Origin: an uncultured Spirochaetota bacterium
GTDB lineage: Bacteria > Spirochaetota > Spirochaetia > SZUA-6 > Fen-1364
Direction: 5' to 3'
NCBI GenBank assembly: GCA_963781885.1
Contig: CAWAHW010000002.1
Coordinates: forward strand, 352,001 to 416,000
Length of the DNA: 64,000 nucleotides
Shown: positions 11,352-20,894 of the stretch, piece by piece
Numbering within the stretch: the first letter of the stretch is position 1
Layout: each line of letters starts with the position of its first letter
Program-made: the position numbers and the translations under genes
Notes under the pieces: generated by a model
The model's input: the letters and a program-made list of their open reading frames with translations, nothing else
What the model was told of the DNA's origin: nothing
Databases searched by the model: none

Positions 11352-12347
11352 CTACTTCGTATAGATGTACTGCTGCATGTCGGGGCTGTTGACGTTGTCC
11401 TTCGTGAAGAACTGGAACCCCGGGATGATTTTCTTCTGGGGAGCAGTCTTCGCGGTCAGGTACTTGTATCCCGCGTCCACGCCCAGTGACCCGATCTGGC
11501 CGGGAAGCTGCGCGAGCACCAGGTCGATGTCTCCTGCCTTCAGGGAATCGATGAGGGTCTGGGTCGCATCCCACGATGCGATCTTCACGGCGCCGGCAAG
11601 ACCCGCGTTCTTCACTGCCTGGGAAGAGCCCTGCGCGCTGAACACGTTCACGCCGAAGATTCCGACGATGTCGGGGTCCTTCTGCAGGGCCGCCGTGGTG
11701 AGCTCCATCGCCTTTTGCTGGTTGTCCATGCAGTAGTCCATTCCGACCAGCGTGATGTTGGGGAACTCCGCGATGCCTTCCTTGAACCCGTTGCCGCGGT
11801 CGATGACCGAGGAGACGTCAGGGTTCGTGTTGCACACGTAGACCTTGCCCTTCTCACCGATCAGCTTCGCCAGCTGCTCGGCAACCTGCTTGCCGCCCAG
11901 CTTGTTGTCGGTTCCGATGTACGCGAGCGGGAAGCTGTAGTCGCTGGCCTTGGAGTAGTCGCCGTCGCCGAGGTACGTGTCAACGGTGATCACGGGTATT
12001 CCCTTGTCGGAGATGGCCTTCAGAGGCGCCACGAGCGCTGTCGTGGAGGTCGGCGCGATGAGGAGGAGGTCGATGCCGCCTTTTGCCATGAGGGCCTGAA
12101 GGTTGGGGACCTGCTTGTCGGGGCCCCACGAATCAGGGTAATCACCGACGACGACGTTCACCCCGAGCTCCTTTGCCTTTGCGCGGATGCCCTTCTCCAT
12201 CGTATAATAGAAAGGATCGGCCACGCCCGGCATGAACGCGATGGTGATGGTCTTCTTTGCGGTTTCGGCCGTGCCGGTCGCGAACACGGGCACCGCCATC
12301 AGAGCAACGAGTGCCACAGCGAGAACAAGGATAAGAGATCTCTTCAT
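11352..12347 (-). CDS. Sugar ABC substrate-binding protein (RbsB-like, Peripla_BP_4)
   Basis: Signal peptide MKRSLILVLAV…FATG, GGAGG RBS; DPFY, IPVITVD, YIGTDN, R..GF, ASWD. Confidence 0.92.
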   Translation of the reverse strand: MKRSLILVLAVALVALMAVPVFATGTAETAKKTITIAFMPGVADPFYYTMEKGIRAKAKELGVNVVVGDYPDSWGPDKQVPNLQALMAKGGIDLLLIAPTSTTALVAPLKAISDKGIPVITVDTYLGDGDYSKASDYSFPLAYIGTDNKLGGKQVAEQLAKLIGEKGKVYVCNTNPDVSSVIDRGNGFKEGIAEFPNITLVGMDYCMDNQQKAMELTTAALQKDPDIVGIFGVNVFSAQGSSQAVKNAGLAGAVKIASWDATQTLIDSLKAGDIDLVLAQLPGQIGSLGVDAGYKYLTAKTAPQKKIIPGFQFFTKDNVNSPDMQQYIYTK

Positions 12348-12397
12348 ACAAACCTCCTGGCATAGATGAGAGAGTGGTTGACAACCGTTGGAAGAGT

Positions 12398-12413
12398 TGC
12401 AATAGGCGTGCCA
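12398..12413 (-). promoter_or_regulatory. Sigma54 -24/-12 promoter of the ABC/TCS operon
   Basis: Minus strand reads TGGCAC-GCCTA-TTGCA, an exact match to TGGCAC-N5-TTGCW, ~50 nt upstream of the binding-protein ATG. Confidence 0.85.
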
Positions 12414-12520
12414 GGCAAGCCGGCGGATGACAACTAATGCAACTCTTTTTCCAGTAAAAAGATAGGAGGTGGGCCGTTCTGCGATGACGCGTCGCCGCGG
12501 CATCTATGTGTATAGCGAGA

Positions 12521-12537
12521 TATCCAGTTGCTGGATA
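12521..12537. promoter_or_regulatory. Candidate upstream activator site for the NtrC-type regulator
   Basis: Palindrome TATCCAG-TTG-CTGGATA ~110 bp upstream of the sigma54 site; a second palindrome GGGTA-N7-TACCC lies at 12664-12680. Confidence 0.5.
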
Positions 12538-12726
12538 CAAAAACACGCCATTGGCTGCACAGTGGCCATTTGCCGTGTCAAACCGCACATCCGCCTTTCC
12601 CCCGATGTGGGCATGGTGCGCTCGCCGAAGTCCCGAACCGCGCATCCGATGGTTTTCTCTTGCGGGTAAAAGGTCTACCCTCGGGGAGTCCATGCGTAGA
12701 TCAGTCTCGTTTTGCCATGAGAACTC

Positions 12727-15135
12727 ATGACAGGCCCGAATCGCGGTCCTGATAGCCCGAGGCTCATCGGCGTCTTTACCGCCCAGCTCGATGACGCCTA
12801 CCAGACGGCGATCTGGCGCGGCATCGAGGCGCGCGCCGGCGCCCGCGGCGTCGGAGTCATCTGCTTCGTCGGCCACAGGATCGCCTCCCCGATTGCCTCG
12901 GAGGCTGCGGCCAACATCGCCTACGGCCTCGCCGATCGGCGCAATATCGACGGCCTGATCGTCCTCTCCTCCGCCATAGCCACATTCCTCGACCGGGACG
13001 GAATGAGCAGGCTGTTCAGCGCGCGCCGGGGCATCCCCCAGGTCTCGCTGGGGCTTGCCGTTCCGGGCGTGCCGAGCGTCACCTCCGACGGCTCGGAGGG
13101 CATGGCGGTCGTCGTCCGCCACCTCGTGCGCGAGCATGGGTTGCGGCGATTCGCGATGATCGGCGGCCCGGCGGGCCACCTCGAGGCGGACGACCGCGAG
13201 CGTTCCTTCCGACGCACGCTCGCAGAATCCGACATCCCCTTCGACGAGAGACTGGCGACAAAAGGGACATTCCTCCGCTCGTCGGGTGAGGAAGCCGCCC
13301 GGCATTTCCTGGACACCGGCGTGCCGTTCGACGCCGTGGTGTGCATGAACGACCGCATGGCGCTGGGCGCCCTGGAGGTACTCCAGGCGGCCGGCCGGCG
13401 CGTCCCCGACGACGTCGCAGTGGTGGGTTTCGACGACACCGAGGAAAGCGGGTACGTCACCCCGTCGCTCACGACGGTCATGCAGCCCCTGCGCGAGCTG
13501 GGCACCTCCGCCGTGGACCTGCTCCTGGAGCTCATGGACGGGGTCGAACGGCGGGATCGCATCCTCACCTGCACGCCGGTGATCCGCGAATCCTGCGGAT
13601 GCCCGCCGCGCCGCACCTACGACGCGGACATGACCACGATGCCGCGCGACGCCACACCGGATGAGCTCGAGGCCGTGCGGGAACTGACCGCGTGCGCGGC
13701 CCGCGGCGATTCCGATGGCTTCATCGCCCGTCTCACCCGCGCCCTCGCCGCGACCACCATCGCCGGGGAAGCGCCCGGCAAGTGGAACAACTACCTCACC
13801 GCCGTGCGGGCGCAAACGGTGGCCGCGGACGGGGCGCGCGCGGAGGAAACGCTCTTCGAGTTCGCCCGGGTGCTCGTCGGGGAGGCGGAGGCGCGGCGCC
13901 AGGCCGCGCGCCGCGTCGCCGCGGAGCACCGCCTGGCGACGCTTCGGGCCATCAGCTCGTCGCTCGCCGGCGCCTTCGAGATGCCCGTCATGCTCGGGCG
14001 CCTCGAATCCGGACTCACGCGTCTGGGCATCGGTGGAGGCTACATCGCGCTGTTCGACCACCAGGCGCCCGACGCCGAGTGGTCCCGCCTGGTCATGGGG
14101 CCGCGCGCCGATGAGACGCACCCTTTTCCGCCGCGCGGCGTCCGTTTCCGCACGAAGCACCTCCTGCCCTCGGTGACTGCCGAACCGTGGCGCACCCGGC
14201 CCTGGGTGCTCGAGCCTCTTGTGTTCCAGGACGAACCGCTGGGTTTCACGTTGCTTCCCGGCGGCGCGGAAGAGCCGGCGGTCTATGACACGCTGCGGGA
14301 GCAGGTCGCGAGCGCGCTGAAGGGGGCGCTTCTCCTCGACCAGGTGCTCACGCACGAAAGGCGGCTGCAGGTGGCCGTGGCCCGGCGCACGGCGGAGCTC
14401 ACGAGCGCCAACGCCGAGCTCACCCGCGAGGTGGAGCGGCGTATGCGGCTGGAGCGCGAGGTGAGCGAGATCTCCGACCGCACGATGCAGCGCATCGGAC
14501 AGGACCTTCACGACGATCTGTGCCAGCACCTCGCCGGCATCGCGATGCTTACGTCCGTGCTCCGCGGCGCGCTCGCGGGCTCCGCGCCCGCCGCCGTCAC
14601 GGCCGTGGAGCACATCGGCACGCTCCTCGCCGATTCGATCACGCGCGCGAAGCAGATCGCGCGGGGGCTGTATCCGGCGGGCCTGGAGGAGAACGGGCTG
14701 GTGGCCGCCCTGGAGGAGCTCGTGGAAGCGGCGCGCCGCAATTACCCGGCCGTCGTCGAGCTCCGCGCCGCGCCCGACTTCCGCATGCCCGGCACCGACC
14801 GCGCGCTCCAGGTCTACCGCATCGTGCAGGAGGCCCTGTCCAATGCCCTGAAGCACTCGCGGTCGGCGCGCATCGAGGTGAAGCTCTACCGGGAGGACCC
14901 GCAGAGTCCCGGCAGTCGGCGGGGCGCGCGTCCGACGGAGGAACGGCGCACCGTGCTCGTGGCGGAAGTGAGCGACGACGGGGACGGCCTTCCCACGTCA
15001 GTCAACGGCAACGGCATGGGCCTGCGCATCATGCGGTACCGCGCGGAGACGGCCGGCGCGGAGCTGCGCATCGAGAGGCTCGCGCGGGGCACGCGCATCT
15101 CGTGCCGCATCGACAGTTCCCAGGGGGAGACGTGA
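12727..15135 (+). CDS. Cytoplasmic hybrid sensor: LacI-type sugar-binding domain fused to a HisKA_3 histidine kinase
   Basis: N-terminus resembles a LacI effector domain without HTH (NDRMALG, VPDDVAVVGFDD, PSLTTV.QP, IRESCGC); C-terminus RIGQDLHD, YRIVQEALSNALKH, DDGDG, GMGL; no TM segment seen. Confidence 0.85.
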   Translation: MTGPNRGPDSPRLIGVFTAQLDDAYQTAIWRGIEARAGARGVGVICFVGHRIASPIASEAAANIAYGLADRRNIDGLIVLSSAIATFLDRDGMSRLFSARRGIPQVSLGLAVPGVPSVTSDGSEGMAVVVRHLVREHGLRRFAMIGGPAGHLEADDRERSFRRTLAESDIPFDERLATKGTFLRSSGEEAARHFLDTGVPFDAVVCMNDRMALGALEVLQAAGRRVPDDVAVVGFDDTEESGYVTPSLTTVMQPLRELGTSAVDLLLELMDGVERRDRILTCTPVIRESCGCPPRRTYDADMTTMPRDATPDELEAVRELTACAARGDSDGFIARLTRALAATTIAGEAPGKWNNYLTAVRAQTVAADGARAEETLFEFARVLVGEAEARRQAARRVAAEHRLATLRAISSSLAGAFEMPVMLGRLESGLTRLGIGGGYIALFDHQAPDAEWSRLVMGPRADETHPFPPRGVRFRTKHLLPSVTAEPWRTRPWVLEPLVFQDEPLGFTLLPGGAEEPAVYDTLREQVASALKGALLLDQVLTHERRLQVAVARRTAELTSANAELTREVERRMRLEREVSEISDRTMQRIGQDLHDDLCQHLAGIAMLTSVLRGALAGSAPAAVTAVEHIGTLLADSITRAKQIARGLYPAGLEENGLVAALEELVEAARRNYPAVVELRAAPDFRMPGTDRALQVYRIVQEALSNALKHSRSARIEVKLYREDPQSPGSRRGARPTEERRTVLVAEVSDDGDGLPTSVNGNGMGLRIMRYRAETAGAELRIERLARGTRISCRIDSSQGET

Positions 15136-15794
15136 TGGCAGATCCAGTGACATTCCTCGTCGTCGACGACCACCCGGTGTTCCGCCAGGGTCTTGTGGCT
15201 CTCATCAAGAGCGACGAGCGCTACCAGGTCTGCGGCGAGGCAGGCACCGTGGCGGAATCCCTTGCCGCGCTGGAGAAGGCGGTGCCGGACATCGCGCTCG
15301 TCGACATCTCGCTGGTCGGCCAGAACGGCCTCGACCTGGTGAAGACGCTCAAGGCGACGCATCCCGAGGTGCTCGTGCTCATCATCTCCATGCACGACGA
15401 GGTCATTTACGCCGAACGGGCGCTGAAGGCCGGCGCGCGGGGCTACGTCATGAAGCAGGAGGCCGCCTCCGTCATGGTCGACGCCATCGAGACCGTGCTC
15501 TCAGGAAAGATCTACGTCTCTGCCATCATGCGCGACCGACTCCTGGAGACGATGTTCAGCCGCCGCGAGGAGACAGAGGCGCCGTCGGTGGAGCGCCTGA
15601 GCGACCGTGAGCTGGAGGTGCTCGATCTGATCGGCCAGGGCTATGGCGCGGCAGAGACCGCCAAGGTCATGAATCTTTCGGTGAAAACGGTCAACGCCTA
15701 CAGCGACCACATCAAGGAAAAGCTCCAGATCTCGAACGCCGGCGCGTTGCGCCGTTTTGCCGTGAAGTGGGTGCAGAGCCGGGACAGGCAATAG
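15135..15794 (+). CDS. NarL/LuxR-family response regulator
   Basis: MADPVTFLVVDDH receiver; GARGYVMK; LSDRELEVL…SVKTV HTH; TGATG coupling to the kinase. Confidence 0.93.
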   Translation: MADPVTFLVVDDHPVFRQGLVALIKSDERYQVCGEAGTVAESLAALEKAVPDIALVDISLVGQNGLDLVKTLKATHPEVLVLIISMHDEVIYAERALKAGARGYVMKQEAASVMVDAIETVLSGKIYVSAIMRDRLLETMFSRREETEAPSVERLSDRELEVLDLIGQGYGAAETAKVMNLSVKTVNAYSDHIKEKLQISNAGALRRFAVKWVQSRDRQ

Positions 15795-16075
15795 TTCCTT
15801 TTGTGGCTCCTGTGCGATTCTGCCCAATTTCTTTGATGAAGCCTTGATGCGGCGCTGACAGCGATTTGTATCAAGGGCCGCCCACGCCGGTTCATGGAGG
15901 TGTCGCGTGGACATGGTGCCCGTGAAAAAAATCGGCGACATCTATCCGCAGAGGAATGGTATCCTGGCTCACGATAGACAACTGAATAGATCGAAGCGTC
16001 AGCGGGCAAATCGCAGACTCGGTGCGGAGATGAAACGGTAGGATTTCGTTCGCCCCGAAATTGGATCGGCAGGGA

Positions 16076-16161
16076 TAGGTAATATCGCCTATTTTCGAAT
16101 TCGCCATTTGTCCGAGTCCGCAGTAATCCGAGACGCGCATCAGCATAGGAATAAATCCCTA
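16076..16161. promoter_or_regulatory. Two TAGG-N8-CCTA inverted repeats (candidate LuxR/NarL-type boxes)
   Basis: TAGGtaatatcgCCTA at 16076-16091 and TAGGaataaatcCCTA at 16146-16161. Confidence 0.5.
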
Positions 16162-16485
16162 ATGTCCGCACCATGATTTTGGCGGCCAACAGAAAATGGC
16201 CGGGGACAGAAATATGAGTTCTTGCGCGAACGGCACGTGGCGCCTTTGCGTGACTGACAGCCGATGAGCAGAAATGCCTTTTTCACCTGAAATCCCATAT
16301 ATTCCGCAAAATATCCCAATAAATATTGGGTGAGTGTGCATTTTAGCGCAGGCGTCCGTCAGCGTCCCTTTCCTGTTTGCCAATTTCGAGTGCCGCATTG
16401 ACCGAAGACGGGAAGCGCTGTCGGAAAATCGGCGCGAGCGTTGCGCTCAGAAGTGAGTGATGCTTCTCTATCGCGCCTTTTTTTC

Positions 16486-16514
16486 TTGACGGCTGAAAAT
16501 GAATGATTTATGAT
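16486..16514 (+). promoter_or_regulatory. Sigma70-type promoter of the oligosaccharide ABC operon
   Basis: TTGACG-N17-TATGAT, overlapped by inverted repeat TGAAAAT(16494)…ATTTTCA(16527). Confidence 0.7.
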
Positions 16515-16560
16515 AACACGATTTTCAACTATTTCTTTTTACTAGAGAGGAGGTCTCTGG

Positions 16561-17895
16561 ATGAAGCGAAGGTGGGGAATTGGAATTGCTCTTCTGGTGC
16601 TGTTCAGCTTCAGCATGCCGCTGTTCGCACAACAGAAGAAGGTAATCAACCTGTGGAGCTTCACTGACGAAGTGCCCAAGATGCTCGTGAAGTACATGCA
16701 GATGAATCCGAAGGTTGATGCGGCGTATGAGATCAAGACGACCATCGTCGCCACGACGAACGGCGCCTACCAGCCGGCCCTTGACCAGGCACTGATGGGC
16801 GGCGGCAAGGACGCACCTGATATCTACACCGCTGAGTCCGCGTTCGTGCTCAAGTACACGCAGGGCGACGCTGGCCAGTTTGCCGCTCCCTACAAGGATC
16901 TCGGCATCGACGTGGCCACCCTTCTGAAGAAGGCCGACATCGCCCAGTATACGATCGATATCGGCACCAACCCGGTGTCGAAGCAGCTCATTGGTCTTGG
17001 CTATCAGGCCACGGGCGGCGCGTTCATCTATCGCCGCTCCATCGCGAAGGACGTCTTCGGTACGGACGATCCGGCGGTGATCAAAGGCAAGGTCGGACCG
17101 GGCTGGGACAAGTTCTTCCAGGCGGCTGCGGCGCTGAACGCCAAGGGCTACGGCATCGTCTCCGGCGACGGGGACATCTGGCACGCAATCGAAGGCGGCT
17201 CCAAGCAGGGCTGGATCGTCAACGGCAAGCTCTTCATCGACAAGGACCGCGAGGCCTTCCTGGATCTTTCAAAGAAGTTGAAGGACAGCGGCTACGACAA
17301 CGATACGCAGGACTGGACTGACGCCTGGTTTGCCGACATGAAGGATGCCAGCGCGAAGAAGATATTCGGTTTCTTCGGCCCCGCATGGCTCATCAACTAC
17401 GTCATGGCAGGAAACTCCGGCGGCAAGCAGCCCGGCGAAGGCACCTACGGTGACTGGGCCGTGTGCGAACCGCCCATCGGCTTCTTCTGGGGCGGCACAT
17501 GGGTCCTCGCCAACAAGAACAGCAAGGTGAAGAGCGTCATCGGCGACATGATCAAGTGGATCACGCTGGACAGCTCCGAGACCGGTCTGCAGTACTATTG
17601 GGCGAACGGCACCCTCAACGGGCCCGGCGGCACCAAGGACACTGTCGCCTCCGGAACCGTCATGAAGATGTCAAACGGCACGCTGCCGTTCCTGGGCGGA
17701 CAGAACATGTTCGACGTTTTCGTCCCTGCGGGCAAGTTCGCAACGGGGAAGAACAAGACCCAGTATGACGAAACCATCAACAACATCTGGCGCGGTCAGG
17801 TGCGCGAATACACCGCGGGCAACAAGAGCCGTGCCCAGGCCATTATTGACTTCAAGCAGCAGGTCAAGGACCAGCTCGACCTCGACTCAAATTGA
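16561..17895 (+). CDS. Carbohydrate ABC extracellular solute-binding protein (family 1)
   Basis: Signal peptide, GGAGG RBS, APDIY, FIYRRSIA, FFWGGTW; followed by MalF/MalG-type permeases. Confidence 0.88.
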   Translation: MKRRWGIGIALLVLFSFSMPLFAQQKKVINLWSFTDEVPKMLVKYMQMNPKVDAAYEIKTTIVATTNGAYQPALDQALMGGGKDAPDIYTAESAFVLKYTQGDAGQFAAPYKDLGIDVATLLKKADIAQYTIDIGTNPVSKQLIGLGYQATGGAFIYRRSIAKDVFGTDDPAVIKGKVGPGWDKFFQAAAALNAKGYGIVSGDGDIWHAIEGGSKQGWIVNGKLFIDKDREAFLDLSKKLKDSGYDNDTQDWTDAWFADMKDASAKKIFGFFGPAWLINYVMAGNSGGKQPGEGTYGDWAVCEPPIGFFWGGTWVLANKNSKVKSVIGDMIKWITLDSSETGLQYYWANGTLNGPGGTKDTVASGTVMKMSNGTLPFLGGQNMFDVFVPAGKFATGKNKTQYDETINNIWRGQVREYTAGNKSRAQAIIDFKQQVKDQLDLDSN

Positions 17896-17908
17896 CCTGA
17901 ATTCCGGT

Positions 17909-17938
17909 GTGGGCGGACACTGTCCGCCCACTTTTTTT
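17909..17938 (+). terminator. Intrinsic terminator / stabilising hairpin after the binding-protein gene
   Basis: GTGGGCGGAC-ACT-GTCCGCCCAC followed by T7. Confidence 0.85.
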
Positions 17939-18129
17939 CCATGCGCCCGGAAAATATTATCATCCTGGCCTATCAATCTTTCTCAATAAGATGAACATCG
18001 ACGATTAATTTAATTGAGCCTGAGTTTCGCGGCGAATTGCCGGCCGCGGAGGCATACCGGGAGCGAAAAAGTCGGCGCAGGAATACCAAGGTCGGAATCG
18101 CTCGTTCTGTCACGGGGAGGTGAACGCTC

Positions 18130-19113
18130 ATGCGGCGCAAAGGCGTAAGCTACGCAAAGTACGGCTACTTCTTTTCCATACCTTTTGTGCTGGCTTTTCT
18201 GATCTTTTCGCTCTACCCGCTGATCTATACGCTTGTGATCGGTTTCACGGATCTGCGCGGCCTTGCCAAGACGACCTTCGCGTTCCTGGCAGACCCCTTT
18301 CTGAATTACAAAACAATGCTTCAGACGGCGGCGTTCAGGCTCTCCTTGTCCAATACGGCCATCATCTGGGGCGTCAACTTCGTTCCGCAAGTCCTCCTCG
18401 CGCTTCTGCTCGCCGCCTGGTTTACGAACCGGCGCCTCAAGGTAAAGGGGCAAGGTGCCTTCAAGGTCCTGATCTACATGCCCAACATCATCACGGCGGC
18501 AACGATCGCCGTCCTGTTCAACACCCTGTTTGGCTACCCAAAAGGACCGGTGAACGACATTCTCCTGGGCCTGGGCTGGATCCACTCTCCCCTCAATTTT
18601 CCCCTCCAGAAATGGACGTCTCGGTACGTCGTGTCGTTCATCCAATTCTGGCTCTGGTACGGGAACACGATGATCGTGCTGATTGCAGGCATCCTGGGCA
18701 TCAGTCCGACGCTCTTTGAGAGCGCTGAGATCGACGGCGCGAGCTCGTTCCAGACCTTCTTCAGAATAACGCTGCCAAGCATACGGACGATAATCGTCTA
18801 TACCCTGGTGACGAGCCTCATCGGAGGCCTGCAGATGTTCGACATTCCCTGGCTCTACCAATTCGGCGGTCCCGACCAGGCGACAATGACTGCCGCCGTA
18901 TTCATCTACCGACAGGCTTTCAGCGGCAGCTACCTGTACAACCGCGCGGCGGCCGCGAGCATGATCCTGTTTGTCATCATCGCGATTCTCTCAAGCATCG
19001 TCTTCTACATTCTGCGTGACAGGGACGCCATTTTGCTGAAGAAACAGAAGAAGGCCCTGCGCAGGGAAGCAAAATCCGCGGCGAAACTGGCCGGGGAAGG
19101 CGCAGCGATATGA
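18130..19113 (+). CDS. Carbohydrate ABC permease (MalF-like)
   Basis: EAA loop ESAEIDGAS…FFRITLP; six TM segments. Confidence 0.92.
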   Translation: MRRKGVSYAKYGYFFSIPFVLAFLIFSLYPLIYTLVIGFTDLRGLAKTTFAFLADPFLNYKTMLQTAAFRLSLSNTAIIWGVNFVPQVLLALLLAAWFTNRRLKVKGQGAFKVLIYMPNIITAATIAVLFNTLFGYPKGPVNDILLGLGWIHSPLNFPLQKWTSRYVVSFIQFWLWYGNTMIVLIAGILGISPTLFESAEIDGASSFQTFFRITLPSIRTIIVYTLVTSLIGGLQMFDIPWLYQFGGPDQATMTAAVFIYRQAFSGSYLYNRAAAASMILFVIIAILSSIVFYILRDRDAILLKKQKKALRREAKSAAKLAGEGAAI

Positions 19114-19958
19114 GAAGGAATGCCGGCATCTCCCGCAGCGCTGCGAAGACGGTCATTTTTGTGGTCTGCGTTTTTCTGGCCCTTCTGAGCATTTTCCCAT
19201 TCTGGGTGATGTTCATAAACGCGACGCGAGGCACCTACGAGATCCAGCAGGGCTCCATCGCTTTGCTGCCCTCGTCACATTTCGTGGATAATCTAAGGAT
19301 CCTCCTTGGCAAAAGCTTCAACCCCTTGACCGGGCTGATGAACTCCTTGATAATATCCTGCAGCGCGACCCTCCTCGCGGTTTATTTTTCCTCCCTGACC
19401 GCCTATGGCCTGGTGGCGTACAGCTGGAAATTGCGCCAGCCTTTTTTCACATTCATCATGGCGGTTCTCATGATTCCTGCGCAGGTTGCCGCCATCGGTT
19501 TCTACAAGTTCATCTATGCGATCCATTTGACGAACACCTTCTGGCCCTTGATATTGCCCGCCATTGCCTCACCGGCGATGGTTTTCTTCATGCGGCAATA
19601 CCTGATTGGGACGTTGTCCATCGACATCGTCAATTCGGCAAGAATTGACGGCGCCGGGGAGCTCTATACGTTCAACCGGATCATTTTGCCCATCATGACG
19701 CCGGCCCTGGCAACGCAGGCCATATTTTCATTTGTGTTCAGTTGGAACAACTTTTTCATCCCCCTGATCCTCCTCACCGACAGCAGAAAATACACCATGC
19801 CGATCATGGTGAGTCTGCTCAGGGGAGATATCTACAGGACCGAATACGGTTCAGTCTATCTCGCATTGGCTCTCACGGTTCTGCCGCTTTTCATCTTCTA
19901 CTTCGCCCTGTCAAAGTACATCATCGGCGGCGTCGCGCTTGGAGCATTGAAGGAATAA
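19110..19958 (+). CDS. Carbohydrate ABC permease (MalG-like)
   Basis: SARIDGAGE…F.RIILP, FVFSWNNF; ATGA overlap. Confidence 0.92.
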   Translation: MRRNAGISRSAAKTVIFVVCVFLALLSIFPFWVMFINATRGTYEIQQGSIALLPSSHFVDNLRILLGKSFNPLTGLMNSLIISCSATLLAVYFSSLTAYGLVAYSWKLRQPFFTFIMAVLMIPAQVAAIGFYKFIYAIHLTNTFWPLILPAIASPAMVFFMRQYLIGTLSIDIVNSARIDGAGELYTFNRIILPIMTPALATQAIFSFVFSWNNFFIPLILLTDSRKYTMPIMVSLLRGDIYRTEYGSVYLALALTVLPLFIFYFALSKYIIGGVALGALKE

Positions 19959-20844
19959 ATGGCGAATGATATCCCGCGCGATCCTCCGCCGCCTGGTGAA
20001 CAGGAATCGGAGGCCGCGGATGGGGCCGGAGGAAAGGCACCGCGGGCCGGCCCAGCAGGAGCACGGCGTGCACGGCATCCTCCGGTGTGAGGCCGAGTGT
20101 TTTCTTGCACCGCGGGCTGGCATTCACTGCATTCTGGGCAAGTGTCACGAAGCACGTGCCAAACCCCGCCGATTGGGCCGCAAGTGAAAGTGCAAATGCT
20201 GCCAGCACGCAATCCTCTCTTGGCGTGGGGATGAGCACTCGTGAATGAAAAAGCAGGACCGTCGGGGCGCCGTAGAAGATCGGGTCCTCGCCGCGGCTCA
20301 GCTTTTCCAGCAGTGCGCGGATTTTCCCGCCGTACTCCGGGTCGCGCAGGAACTCGCGCGTGGTTGCCCCGACGAATGGCCGCAGCACCATCGACAAAAG
20401 TGCACTGTTGAGCAGGGCGCCCCTCTTGGCGTAAATGTTTGTGAGCTCCGCAAGAAGGGCAGCCCTCGTTGCTCCCATCGGCAGGACGGTGATCTCATGC
20501 GCGCGCCTGTTGCCGCCCGACGGCGTGTAGCGGGCCGCCTCGATCAGTCGGCCGAGGCTCTCCGGTGAAGGCTCGTCCGGCAGGAAGTGCCGGGTACTCC
20601 TCTGCGACGCAAGGAAACCCTCCAGTGCGTCGAATCCAATGCGGGATCCCTGCGCGGGGGCATCGTGTCGTGCGCCGTTTCGGACGGTGATTGCACCTTC
20701 CGGGCACACCGCGTAACAGTGGAGGCACCCCCCACAGTCGCCCGTGCCCAGCGTGGCGCTCACTTTGCCCTTGGTGCACTCCCGTGCACAGGTGCCGCAG
20801 CCGGTGCACAGGGACCTGTCAACCTCGATTGCAAAGACGCTCAT
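19921..20844 (-). CDS. Nitroreductase-family protein with N-terminal 2x[4Fe-4S] ferredoxin domain
   Basis: Start MSVFAIE (GGAG RBS); CTGCGTCAREC and CGGCLHCYAVCP; RSTRHF, TPSGGN, GFGTC. Confidence 0.88.
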   Translation of the reverse strand: MSVFAIEVDRSLCTGCGTCARECTKGKVSATLGTGDCGGCLHCYAVCPEGAITVRNGARHDAPAQGSRIGFDALEGFLASQRSTRHFLPDEPSPESLGRLIEAARYTPSGGNRRAHEITVLPMGATRAALLAELTNIYAKRGALLNSALLSMVLRPFVGATTREFLRDPEYGGKIRALLEKLSRGEDPIFYGAPTVLLFHSRVLIPTPREDCVLAAFALSLAAQSAGFGTCFVTLAQNAVNASPRCKKTLGLTPEDAVHAVLLLGRPAVPFLRPHPRPPIPVHQAAEDRAGYHSPFIPSMLQARRRR

Positions 20845-20894
20845 GCGAATCTCCTTTGTTTCCAGAAGATTCGATGCCGGGAATGCCCCTCCGG

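Noticed and set aside
12142-14856. 904-aa minus-strand ORF, and similar long antisense ORFs at 4806-6992, 23209-25806, 47762-49807 and 57672-59594
   Set aside because: Shadow frames of well-supported genes in high-GC DNA; no recognisable motifs.
15795-16560. Known riboswitch (e.g. c-di-GMP-I near GGGCAAA at ~16005) or coding ORFs 15698-16189 and 16159-16398
   Set aside because: The remaining riboswitch consensus elements were not found; the ORFs lack RBS, motifs and host-like codon usage.
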